Assembly (NCBI GenBank): GCA_030704615.1
Contig: CM060733.1
Coordinates: 45,818,001-45,882,000 of the forward strand
Length of the DNA: 64,000 nucleotides
Direction of reading: 5' to 3'
From: Takakia lepidozioides
Taxonomy: Eukaryota; Plantae; Bryophyta
Shown here: piece after piece, positions 26,076-37,721 of the stretch
How positions within the stretch are numbered: the stretch's first letter is position 1
How the letters are laid out: the number at the start of each line of letters is the position of its first letter
Notes under the pieces: model-generated
The model's input: only the letters and a program-made list of their open reading frames with translations
Database searches by the model: none
What the model was told of the DNA's origin: nothing
Translations under genes and position numbers: made by a program

Positions 26076-26787
26076 TGTCGCGGCCATTTGCCTTGAGGGC
26101 AGGGGGTCCGGACACATGAGGGGCTGCCGCTGTGGTGGGGGCAGTGGCAGCGATAGGTACGGGGGGCTGAAGCACCCTTGAGTGCCCAAAGCACTCAAGG
26201 AGGCGGAGGTGCTCACTAGGTGGAGCCCCGCACACCGGGATGCGGTGGGGGTGGCTTCACAAAGGGGTGGTGGTAGCTTAGCAGGACTTAGTGGGGGTGG
26301 CATAGGACTCACCTTGGGGCGAAGACCTCGTGGTGGGAGTCGTGGGGAGTCTTGGGACTCATCACGGTCCATAGGGGCCGTGGTGGGTGGGCCAAGACTC
26401 ACCGCGACTCATCACCGGGAGTCGAGGGTTTTCGTGGTGGTTCGCCATAAAATGGCATGGTTGTTTGTGAAACCCCTGCGGACAGCTACATAAGTATATA
26501 TAGGGAGTAGTAACCCCGAGAACGGTGCAAGCCCGTTGGTGACCAAAAACTAGTGAGTAAGCGAGCGAGCCGGAAAGCGACCAAAGAGTGGGGAGCTGTT
26601 CCGGACTGCCAACTACCAAAGGGAATTCCCGCTGGGCCCAAATCGGTGGAGGGTTCTTTGGGAGATCAAAAGGGGACCGTTATGCCTGCTCCAAGTTGGC
26701 CCGGCGGCCAGGTTGGGAGTTAGGCGCGCGCATCAAAGCGAGTAACTATGACTTGAAGGGGAGCTTACCGAAGTGAGGTGCGCGACA
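26076..26787 (+). repeat. 5' LTR (712 bp)
   Basis: Starts TGTCGCG and ends CGCGACA. Direct repeat of 32317-32940. Confidence 0.95.
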
Positions 26788-26789
26788 CT

Positions 26790-26801
26790 TGGTATCAGAG
26801 C
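26790..26801 (+). promoter_or_regulatory. Primer binding site complementary to initiator tRNA-Met
   Basis: TGGTATCAGAGC 2 nt after the LTR end. Confidence 0.92.
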
Positions 26802-26842
26802 TTAGAATTCAGTACGTGATCGTCCTTGGGATTGGCCTCATC

Positions 26843-29800
26843 ATGGGGTCGAGCAAGCCAAAGCGAAAGCGGAACGGCCCAAAAGATGATGATCCTGGTG
26901 AGCCCAATGGGGGCAACGTGTCACCGAGGCGACCATTTGAGGGAGCGATGCATGTTTCCAAAAACGAGGCCGCTCAAGAGCGGGAGGAATCCGAGGAGTC
27001 GGAGCCCGAGGAATCCCTGAGAGCTCCGACCGACCAACAGATGCCTCCCATGCCGGCAGCCTTTTGGGAAGGGTTGTTGGCGCAGTTTGGCGGGACGCTA
27101 AAAGACGTGTTGAGGGTAGCTAATGCCACTTCCACTAAGGCAAAGTTTAAGGTGAAGCCTAAGGTACCCGGCACCTTCGAGGGCGTCCGAAATCGGAAGG
27201 CACTCAACACCTGGCTCTTGGAGCTAGAGCAGTACTTCCGGGCGGCCAAGTTGAGTGGCGAGGATCGGGTGGAAGTGGCTCCCACCTATTTGAGGGGCTA
27301 TGCTCAACAATGGTGGCAGAAATGCCTTCACGACCGAGGTCCAAGCCCAGAAACCTTGAACTGGAGTGGGTTCAAGGAATTGATGAAGAGACAGTTTGTG
27401 CCCCTCAACGCGTCCTGGCTTGCCCGGGACAAGATGAGGAATTTGAAGCAAACAGACGACATTCGGGGATATGTCCAGGCTTTCAATGTGCTTTTGCTCA
27501 AAGTCGCGGACATGGCAGAACCGGAAATGGTCTTCAACTTTGTGGCGGGACTGGCCCCATGGGCCAGGCGGAAGTTGGAGGAGAAGCCGCCTAAGACTTT
27601 GAACGAGGCAATTGAGAGGGCTGAATGTTTCTCAGATGTCCCTAGGGGTGAAAGACAAGGCCGTACAGAGCTGAACCACAAGAAGACCCGGCGGGAAGGT
27701 GACTCCTTCCGACCGGAAAAGAAGTGGGATAGGCCACGCGGCGACAATGGCACGTGGAAATTGAAGGGAGGGCCATCACAAGTCAAGGCGGCACCCGGTG
27801 CTTCGAAAGGAAAAGCGGGTGGAGCGGCCTATGGCGGACAGAAGGCAACCTTTGATGGAGTGTGTTTCAATTGTGGGGAGCCCGGGCACATGGCCAAGAA
27901 GTGCATGAAGCCCCGGCAATTGAACATGACTGTGGCGACCACAGAGCTGTCGGAAGATACTATCAGTCGCTTGGTGGAAGCGGTGGTCGCCAGGACTTGC
28001 AAGGTAGGCAAATTTTCTTGTGAGTTGTATCAGGAAACTGGCGCCTTACGTAAAGGGAGTCAGTTATTGTTCGTGGATGGGATAATATCCGGAACTAATG
28101 TGTCATTGTTGGTGGACACAGGAGCGTCGCACTCCTTCATGACACCGGCAACGGCACAAAAGCTGGGACTCCCGACAAGTGACGTGGGGGCCTCTATTGA
28201 GGTGCGTTCTGCCAAAGGAGAACCGCAATTGGCGACAAGGTTAGCGTTTGATGTTCCTCTTCAACTGGGGAGTTGGGAGGGACGTGAGAACTTCACCATC
28301 AACAAGATCGATGGAGTGGATCTCATTTTGGGGATGACTTTTTTGAGCAAATCCGGAGCGGTCATAGATGGCCGCAAGAGAGTAGTCACGCTGCCATGTG
28401 GGAATGGTGGCGAGGTCTTACGAGTGTCGGAAATGCCCAAACCCGTGGGAGGGCGAATAAACCTTCTGTGAGCAAGGGAGTGGGCCGTGGAGGAGGCACA
28501 CGAGCCCCAGTTTTTGCTCTACATTAGAGAAGTGAAGGTAGAAGGCGATGGGGAGCCGAGCCCAGATTGGATCAAGGGGATTTTAGAGAAATACCAGGAT
28601 GTGATGCCGGAGGATTTACCAAGAGGTTTGCCACCGCGAAGAGGAGTTGACCACAAGATTGAGGTGATACCGGGATCGGAACCGCCTGCCAAGGCGCCCT
28701 ACCGGTTGAGCCACAGAGAGTTGGTCGAGCTGAAGACTCAGCTCAAAGATCTAATGTCAAAGGGGTACATCCGGCCGAGTAAGTCACCTTACGGAGCCCC
28801 GGTGCTATTTGCAGATAAAAATGATGGGACGCTGCGGATGTGTGTCGATTACAGGGCTCTGAATAAGGTGACTATCAAAAACCGGTACCCTTTGCCAAGG
28901 ATCGACGACCTCTTCGGTCGGTTGGCAGGAGCAAAGTATTTCAGCCGGATCGACTTGCGCTCCGGCTATCATCAAATTTGGGTGGCGGAAGGAGATGAGG
29001 AGAAGACCGCGTGCAGGACAAGGTATGGTTCATATGAGTTCTTGGTGATGCCTTTTGGGCTCACCAATGCACCAGCGACATTTAGCACGCTGATGAACAG
29101 CCTTTTTCAGGAGTGGTTGGATGACTTTGTGATTGTGTACATCGACGACATCTTGGTGTACTCGAAAACAAAGGAGGAGCACCTGGAGCACCTGAAAAGG
29201 GTGTTCCAAAAATTGCGAGAAGGGAAGCTGTATGCCAAAGCTTCAAAGTGCGAATTCGGGGTCACAAAAGTGGAGTTCCTGGGGCATGTGATTACATAGG
29301 ATGGGATCAGAATGGATGACAGAGGTGAGGGCAATTTTGGACTAGGAGCCTCCGACTTCGGTCCCGGGAGTGCGATCCTTCCTAGGACTCGCCTCCTATT
29401 ACCGTAAGTATGTGAGAAATTTCGCCAAAATCGCGGGGCTGCTGTCAGACCTTCTGTGTAAATCTAAAGTCTGGGCATGGAACACCTTTTGTGGCCAAGC
29501 TTTTGCTAAATTGAAGCAGGGGATGGCGGATGGCGGAAGCTCCAGTCTTGAAAATCCCGGAGTTCGATCGTCCGTTCGAGATACATACAGATGCGTCGGA
29601 CTTCGCGATTGGGGGTGTACTGATGCAAGATGGACGTCCAGTGGCTTACGAAAGTAAGAAACTGAATGAAGTGGAGCGACGGTGGCCGACGCACGAGAAA
29701 GAGATGAAGGCGGTGGTGCACTGTCTTGAGCTTTGGCGCCACTATATTGGTTCCAACCCAGTGAAGGTGTTCACGGACAATGTCACGGTGAAGTATTTTG

Positions 29801-31411
29801 CCACGCAGCCCAAGTTGTCCCCAAAACAACTTAGGTGGCAAGATACTTTGGCGGTGTTCGACGTGGATACCCAGTACAAACCGGGATGAGACAACGTGGT
29901 GGCCGATGCTTTAAGTAGAAAGCAGCAGCTCTTGTTGGTGTACAAGGGCGAAACAGCGCTCCAAAGGAAGATCCGTAAGGCTTGCCGGAAGGATGAGCTG
30001 GCGAAGTCCGTGATGCAGGACTTGAGGATGGGGGTTAAATCGCAGTTCCACTTGCAAAATGGACTGCTCCGGTATAAGCAAAAGCGTCTCTACGTGCCGA
30101 AGGGAGGGATCAGAGATAGCCTCTTGAGAGAATGCCATGATAGCCCGCTTGCGGGCCACGACGGAGCCAAGCGCACTGCGGCACTCTTGAAGAAAGAGTA
30201 TTTCTGGCCCAAACTGAGGGAGGAGGCAGAGGAGTATGTCAAGACATGCACCACATGCCAACAAAACCGGAGCGAGTACAAAAAGCAAGCGAGGCTGTTA
30301 CAACCCTTGCCGATTCCAGAGGGGACTTGGGAAAGCGTCTCGATGGATTTCATGACTGCTATGCCGCTGTCAAAAGGATTCGATGCAATCATGGTGGTGG
30401 TGGATAGGTTCAGTAAAATGGGTCATTTCATCCCCACCAAGGAGACGGCAACGGCGCAGGAAACAGGGCGACTTTACTTCGCCCACGTCTTAAAGCATCA
30501 TGGAGTCCCAAAGGATATTGTCTCGGACCGCGATCCAAAGTTTACGAGTAAATTTTGGAGGGCACTTTGGAAGAAGATGGGGACGAGGTTGAAGATGAGC
30601 ACCGCCTTCCGACCTACGACCAACGGCCAAACAGAAATAGTGAATTCCGTAGTGAAGCAGATCTTGCGGAATTACGTGTCGGCAGACCAAACAGACTGGG
30701 TGGAACACTTAGACGCGGTAGAGTTCTGTTATAATAACACAGAACACTCCGCAACGGGAGTTTCCCCTTTCGTATTGGTCTATGGAAAAGCACCTCTGGT
30801 GCCGACAAGTTGGGCCGCCCAGGATGTTGAGGAACCGGCAGTAGCGGCGGTACTGGAAGAACGCGAGCGTTTGTTGAAGCTCGCAAAGTACAACATTGCC
30901 AAAGCTAGGAAACGGTATGAAAGGCAGGCAAATCGGAAGTGGAGGGAAGTGAAGTTTGAGGCAGGCACGGAGGTCTGGTTGAACATCAAGAATTTCCGAC
31001 TACCTCCGGAAGTGAGTCCAAAGTTCGTACCTCCGTATGCGGGACCCTTTCGCATCCGGAAGGTTATGAATGAGGATGTGTATGAATTGGAGCTACCGGC
31101 AAACAGCAAGGTGTATCCAGTATTCCACGTCTCCCTTTTGAAGCCTTTACTTCAAAGATGAAGCGCGTCCGAATCGGCATCAAGTGTTGCGTCCGCCACC
31201 TGTGCTGTTGGATCATGAAAATGAACTTGAGTACGAGGTGGAGGCAGTTCTTAAGTCGAGGAGGTTCAAGAACCTAGAAACGGAGTATCTCGTCAAATGG
31301 AAGGGCTATCATCATGTGGAGGCATCTTGGGTGCGTGCCTCAGAAATGGGAAACGCATCCGAGGCGGTTGCAGTTTTCGAAGGGCGACCTCAAAAGCGGA
31401 AGAAACGTTGA
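26843..31411 (+). pseudogene. gag-pol polyprotein (Gag with CCHC knuckle, aspartic protease, RT, RNase H, integrase, chromodomain), disrupted
   Basis: CFNCGEPGHMAKKC; LVDTGASHSF; YIDDILVYS; HTDASDFAIG; integrase HHCC finger and SMDF..SDRD..E core; GPF motif; chromodomain YEVEAVL..EYLVKWKGY..ASW (31184-31411). In-frame stops at about 28469, 29297, 29343 and 29887, plus frameshifts. Confidence 0.95.
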
Positions 31412-32316
31412 TGGGGACATCAACCTTGGGTTGGGGGAGGAAATGCATGCTTAGCTCGGCTTAGCTAGCTCAGAAATCCGATTGCAAAAATTTGTATTGT
31501 ACAAAAATTTGTTATAAAGGAAATGGGTTCCAAATGTTGTGCGTCTTATTTTGTTTGGAATGGTGATGCATGGTGTGGTTGGCTAGTGTGTAGAATGCAT
31601 GCTAGCTTACAAAAGTGGGAGAGGTAAATTGGGTTAATCGTGTGTTTGCGCAGTGCCAAAATCGGGTGACTCCCATCCAAGGGGCAAAGAAACATGCGCC
31701 TTCTTTGGGAGTTCACGTGCTAGTGCGCACCTAGCGCGTGCGCATACTATAACTGCGCTACCGAGGTGGTTGCCTTGTAGTGCGGGCTAACGCGGAAGCT
31801 ACGTGCTTCCGTTCACGTACTATAATCGTATAGCCTTGGGACGAAGTCGTAGTGCGGCTTCGACGTGTCCCCGTACCTCAGGCCAACATTCCAAGATGGA
31901 CCCAATTGTAGTTATTGGGGCGCACGGTTGGTTCAAGGTTATCTTCCTAGTCAAAGGGGGTTCGAGGTGAACCCTTGCGCAAGGTGATGCCAAAGGCGGC
32001 ATCATGAGCGATCGCAAGCAATGTTGTTGCAAGTAAGGCGATTCAATCCTCGGGGAGGATCGTTCCTTGGCCTTGAAGTAGGCCAAGAAGAGTGCACTGG
32101 GAGGAGCTTGAGAGGCTCCACCCCTGGCCGGGACTTGGAGGAAGTCGGCCGAACTAGCTAGTGGAGAGTAGAGTCAAGTGTGGGGTTTGGTTCTTTGCCA
32201 TGGGACGCCATGGTACGGAAACAAACTCCTTGATGTGGGACGCCACAACTTGGATGTTCGTTTCTACAAAATGGACAAGTCGATGAGGACATCGACTCCC
32301 TGTTGGTAGGGGTGTG

Positions 32317-32940
32317 TGTCGTGGCCCTTTGCCTTGAGGGCAGGGGGTCGGGACACATGAGGGGCTGCCCCTGTGGTGGGGGCAGTGGCAGCGATAGGTA
32401 CGGGGGGCTGAAGCACCCTTGAGTGCCCAAAGCACTCAAGGAGGCGGAGGTGCTCACTAGGTGGAGCCCCGCACACCGGGATGCGGTGGGGGTGGCTTCA
32501 CAAAGGGGTGGTGGTAGCTTAGCGGGACTTAGTGGGGGTGGCATAGGACTCACATTGGGGCGAAGACCTCGTGGTGGGAGTCGTGGGGAGTCTTGGGACT
32601 CATCACGGTCCATAGGGGCCGTGGTGGGTGGGCCAAGACTCACCGCGACTCATCACCGGGAGTCGAGGGTTTTCGTGGTGGTTCGCCATAAAATGGCATG
32701 GTTGTTTGTGAAACCCCTGCGGACAGCTACATAAGTATATATAGGGAGTAGTAACCCCGAGAACGGTGCAAGCCCGTTGGTGACCAAAAACTAGTGAGTA
32801 AGCGAGCGAGCCGGAAAGCGACCAAAGAGTGGGGAGCTGTTCCGGACTGCCAACTACCAAAGGGAATTCCCGCTGGGCCCAAATCGGTGGAGGGTTCTTT
32901 GGGAGATCAAAGGGGGACCGTTATGGCCGCTCCAAGTTGG
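32317..32940 (+). repeat. 3' LTR, truncated by about 88 bp at its 3' end
   Basis: Matches 26076-26699 with about 9 mismatches counted by eye. Homology stops after CCAAGTTGG, with no terminal CA and no matching target-site duplication. Confidence 0.92.
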
Positions 32941-33419
32941 AAATGCAAACCGCAGGGTAGGCAGTACAACACACGTGGATGCATATGTGAAGCATAACAA
33001 TTATTGCGAATCTGCAAGTACTGCTCAAAATTGAACTAGCATTAGATTTCTACGGCACTTCCGAATTTGAAAGAATGCAAGAAGGCTGCCATGTATTGGC
33101 AGGCGGCGAAGTACATCTGACATATATCACAAGTACATGCAACGGATGTATTTTTTTTCTACCACTTTTTTTCTTGGACAATACAAAGACGCCCAAATGG
33201 ATGAATTCCGTTCGCACATAATGATGATACCCGCATCCAAATACGGTAAACAATGTCCAATTTTTATTTTGGATACATGCCAAAGCAACCCTTGTTGCAA
33301 ACGTCAAACTGGAGAGCTCTAGAGGCAGTATAGGGAGCCCTTGTTTCCACCGGAGGAGGAAGAGAAGGAAGTCGTTATACTTTACGAGCACTAGGGACAG
33401 GAATAGAGCCAGATATAGA

Positions 33420-36400
33420 ATGAGGATGGAAAGAGTAGACGAAGAGGAAAAGGAGGAAGAAGAGGGCAAAGAGGAAAGTTTGGCGATGGAAGAGCAGGAT
33501 TCTGGAGAAGAACAGCAGCCCGCCATACTTCCAAGAACAGGTGAGGAGGAGACTGCATCCGAGGGAGAGACGGACGCCGAAGATGATGTTGATGCTGGCC
33601 TCACGAAGAAGCAGATAGTGGAAAAGAGGATGGGGGAGATGCTCCAGAACATGCTCGGCGTAGAAAGCAGTCCGAAGCGCAAAGGGTCTCCGGCGATTGG
33701 GGAGTCTTCTGGAGCACCCCCAAAAAAAGTACAAGTGATGTCCAAACCTACTTGGAAGCTCAAACAGAGGGCGGCAACGCACACTGTTTGAGACCCACAT
33801 TTGTGCTTCATTTTTGATGTGAAAATCGGACAATTGGGCCTCTTTGTCTGGTTCAATTCACCACTGACTGGAATCTCAAACAGTGTGCGGCAACGCACAA
33901 AGTTTCAGACCCCATTTGTGCTTGTCTTTTTTATATGAAAATCGCCTACATACGGCATCTCTCTCTGGTTCAATCCACCCGTATTAAGAAGCTCAAACAG
34001 TGTGCGGCAACGCAACCGCTTGAGCCCCAACTTTGTGCTTGTTTTTTTTGATACGGAAATCGGCCCCAAAACGGGCCTGTCTGTCTGGTTCAATCCTCCA
34101 CTATTTGGAAGCTCAAACAGTGCGCGGCAACGCACACTGCTTGAGCCCCCCTTCTCATTGTTTTTTTCACATCAAAACCGTGCACACAGGGGCCTCTCTG
34201 TAAGGTTCATTCCACCCCTACTTGGAAGCTCAAACAGTGTACGACAACGTACACTGTTTGAACCCCTACTTGACATTATGTTTTCATGTTAAAATCGGCC
34301 ACAAAGGGCATCTCTGTCAAGTTCAATCCACACTTACCTGGCAGCTCAAACAGTGTGCGTCAACGCACACTGTTTGAGCCCCCCTTTGCCTTGTTTTTTG
34401 GTGCGGAAATCGTGCACACAGGCCCACTCCGGCAGGTTGAATCCACACTTACCAGGCAGCTCAAAGAGTGTGCGTGAACGCACACTATTTGAGCCCCCTT
34501 CTCATTGTTTGTTTGATGTCAAAATCGGCCACACAAGGCATTTGTTTTGAGGTACAACCACAATTACCTAGCAGCTCAAACAGTGTACGTCAATGCACAC
34601 TGTTTGAGCCCCCCTTCTCATTGTTTGTTTCATGTTAAAATCGGCCACATAGGGCATGTGTTTTGAGGTTGAACCACAATTACCTGGCAGCTCAAACAGT
34701 GTGCATCAACGCACACTGTTTGAGCCCCCCTTCTCATTGTTTGTTTCATGTCAAAATCTGCCACATAGGGCATTTGTTTTGAGGTTCAATCCACACTTAC
34801 CTAGCAGCTCAAACAGTGTGCGTCAACGCACACTGTTTGAGCCCCTCTTCTCATTGTTTGTTTCATGTTAAAATTGGCCACATAGGGCATGTGTTTTGAG
34901 GTACAACCACAATTACCTGGCAGCTCAAAGAGTGTGCGTCAACGCACACTGTTTGAGCCCCCCTTCTCATTGTTTAATTCATGTAAGAATCGGCCACATA
35001 TGGCATCTCTGACAGGCTGAATCCACACTTAAGTGGCAGCTCAAACAGTGTGCGTCAACGCACACTGTTTGAGCCCCCCTTCTCATTGTGTGTTTCATGT
35101 CAAAATCGGCCACATAGGGCATTTCTTTTGAGGTTGAACCACAATTACCTGGCAGCTCAAACAATGTGCGTCAATGCACACTGTTTGAGCCCCCCCTTCT
35201 CATTGTGTAATTCATGTAAAAATCGGCCACATATGGCATCTCTGATAGGCTGAATCCACACTTAAGTGGCAGCTCAAACTGTGTGTGTCAACACACACTG
35301 TTTGAGCCCCTGTTTTGCCTTGTTTTCTGGTGTGGAAATGTTGCACACAAGGCCACTCTGGCATGTTCAATCCACCCTTTATTGGAAGCTCAAACATTGT
35401 GCGGGAACGCACACCGTTTGAGCCCCCTTTGTCATTGTTTGTTTCATGTGAAAATCGTGCACATAGGGGCCTCTCTGTAAGGTTCATTCCATCCCTATTG
35501 GGGAGCTCAAACTGTGTGCGGCAACGCACACTGTCTGAGCCCGCTATTGTGCTTGTTTTTTGATGTGAAAAACGGCCACATAGGGCCACTCTGCCATGTT
35601 GAATCCACCCCTTATTGGAAGCTCAAACAGTGTGTGGCAACGCACACTATTTGAGCCCCTTTGGCATTGCTTGTTCGGCCACCATGGGCCCACTCTACAG
35701 GTTGTAAATACCCCTCATTGGAAGCTCGAACAGTGTGCGGCACGCACACTGTCTGAGCCCCCTTTTGTGCCTGTTTTTTGATTTGAAAATCGGCCACTCA
35801 TAGCCACTATGCCATGTTCAAATCACCCCTTATTGGAAGCTCAAACAGTGTGCGGCAACGCACACTGTTTGAGCCCCCTTTTTTGCTTGTTTTTTGATGA
35901 GAAAATCGGGCACCTAGGGCCACTCTAGCAGGTTGAATCCACCCCTTATGGGAAGCTTGTTTTTCATGTTCAAAACGGCCACAAATGGCATCTCTCTCAG
36001 GTTCAATCCACACTTACCTGGCAGCTCAAACAGTGTGCGGCAACGCACACTGTTTGAACGTCATTGTTTTTTTCATGTGAAAATCGTGCACACAAGGGCC
36101 TCTCTATAAGGTTCATTCCACCCCTATTTGGAAGCTCAAACTGTGTGCGGCAACGCGCTCTGTTTTTGGCCCGCACAATGCTTGTTTTTTCATGTGAAAT
36201 TGGGCTACATCGGGCCTGCCTGCCATGCTCAAAACACCATCTGTTCTTGCCTCTCTCTTATATCAATTTGAATGAACAACCGTGTAGGATACGATGCAAA
36301 TGGTGGCGGATGAGAACCCTTCGGGGGAGGGGAAGGAGATCATTGCTGATGTGGACGATGAGTTCTATGAAAGCAAAGCCGCTGAGATGCGGGGGGGTCA

Positions 36401-37055
36401 GAAGGCAAACTCTCAGCTTGTGGTGCAAAGTATGCTTGCCCCGGGTGGGAGGTTGAAGATCCCCCTGCGTAGGTTGGTTTCCATGCCCGTCGTTCGTCCA
36501 CCCCTCATTAAGGACATCCTGAAGCTGGAGGCCGAGTTTGTTCATGGGTATTTGGATGGATCCGCAGTCTTTTACATTTTTCTACAAAGGATTACAGAGG
36601 CAATGAGCTCCTTGTGGATGAGTCAATCGTGGACTTCTGGGATCCCATTTGGAGAAAGGTGAACGAATCCTTCGAACTTCTTCTCTCCAGGAAACCTTTG
36701 ACCCAGGCATTCTCAGGGAAGATGTTTCACGTATGGGATGACAACCACCGATTGCTTGCATGGATGGCTGTGATTGGGAGGCTGCACTCATAGGAGGAAG
36801 AGTGACATTACTCTGTTCGATCGATGGTGCTGGATTTTGACGGGAACATGATGGGTCTTCTGACGGCAATGAATGATGTGAACAGGTTGGTTTCTCATTC
36901 TACATGTTCCAGTTGTGGTTCCGTGGTTCTTTTGTTCCAGTCCTCTGTTGACGGTTCTTGATTTTCATTCTGACTTTCACATATCATTCTGCAGAGGGAC
37001 GGAGACATCGCATGTCAAAACGAGTCTGGTTCACACACTGTACAGGATACAAAGA
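33420..37055 (+). pseudogene. Second, truncated ParB/sulfiredoxin-like gene paralog
   Basis: Acidic exon 33420-33728 can splice in phase 0 to 36288. It reads RLKIPLRRLVSMPVVRPPLIKDILKLEAEFVHGYLDGSAVFYI...SGKMFHVWDDNHRLLAWM (36734-36751)...LLTAMNDVNR, then intron 36886-36994, then GTETSHVKTSLVHTLYRIQ. It aligns with 19060-19680 and breaks off before any MTase domain. Confidence 0.75.
33745..36200. repeat. ~117-bp tandem satellite (about 20 units) with palindrome GCTCAAACAGTGTGCG-n4-CGCACACTGTTTGAGC, related to the 24270-26075 array
   Basis: The core recurs every ~116-118 bp. It lies in the putative first intron of the second ParB-like gene. Confidence 0.95.
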
Positions 37056-37487
37056 TCTTGTGCTTGAAATCCGGCCCTCTCGGATGCATCTGGACCCACA
37101 CTCCATCCCTGGCAGCTGACAATGACAGCCTGTTCTAGCAAATAACCCAACCTTACTTATCACACACTCGTCCTATGCTGAATTGCTCCCACGTCTTTAA
37201 AAACATGATGGGGAGAGAGAGGATGACAAATTCTAAGAAAGCTTTCCGATGCATCTTGTGTCTTCTTTTCTCTGTAACCTTACAGGCATTCACCTTTTTG
37301 CCTCCATTGTCCCACCATTGACTGGTGGTCCAAAAAAATTTCATTCCAAAGCTTCTCCTCATCTCTTTTATCTATTTTCGGATACTTTCCTGTTGCCACA
37401 TTGGCAGTAATATGTCATAATCCAAACCATCATAGATCCACCCAATGAGCTAACTTGCATAAGTCCACATGAAAAATAGTGACGATT

Positions 37488-37721
37488 CTAAGAAGAGGGC
37501 AAACATGCCAAAACATTGTTGAAGAAGATGGTGCACTCACCACATTGTCCTTGACCTTGTGTCATGAAAGCGGCTAGCTTTTCTTTCACCCACGGAGGAT
37601 TCAACCGACCATCAACCCAAAAGGACCTATTGCGTTTGCTGCTTGTGTCTGTAGTCGGATGATCTAGGATCGGTCTGTGAGAACCACTACGGTGCAGCTC
37701 AGCAGCCATAGATTTAAACAC
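37488..37721 (-). pseudogene. Inverted diverged fragment similar to the region upstream of the PPR gene
   Basis: FWVDGRLNPPWVKEKLAAFMTQGQGQCG resembles LWIDGWSNPAWVEELAAMEQGRAQSG at about 38800-38880 on the + strand. Confidence 0.45.

Larger units (their letters stand above)
26076..32940 (+). mobile_element. Ty3/Gypsy LTR retrotransposon, chromovirus lineage (degenerate)
   Basis: Two LTRs, an iMet PBS, and gag-PR-RT-RH-INT-chromodomain order. Confidence 0.97.

Noticed and set aside
24292-26181. Cys-rich repetitive ORFs (MSKWATQGQ...), likewise at 33900-36100
   Set aside because: Translations of 117-bp (3n) satellite units.
25953-26776. ORFs duplicated at 32154-32997
   Set aside because: They lie within the LTRs.
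28469-28471. Programmed stop-codon readthrough between gag-PR and RT
   Set aside because: The element carries several other stops and frameshifts, so decay is the simpler explanation.
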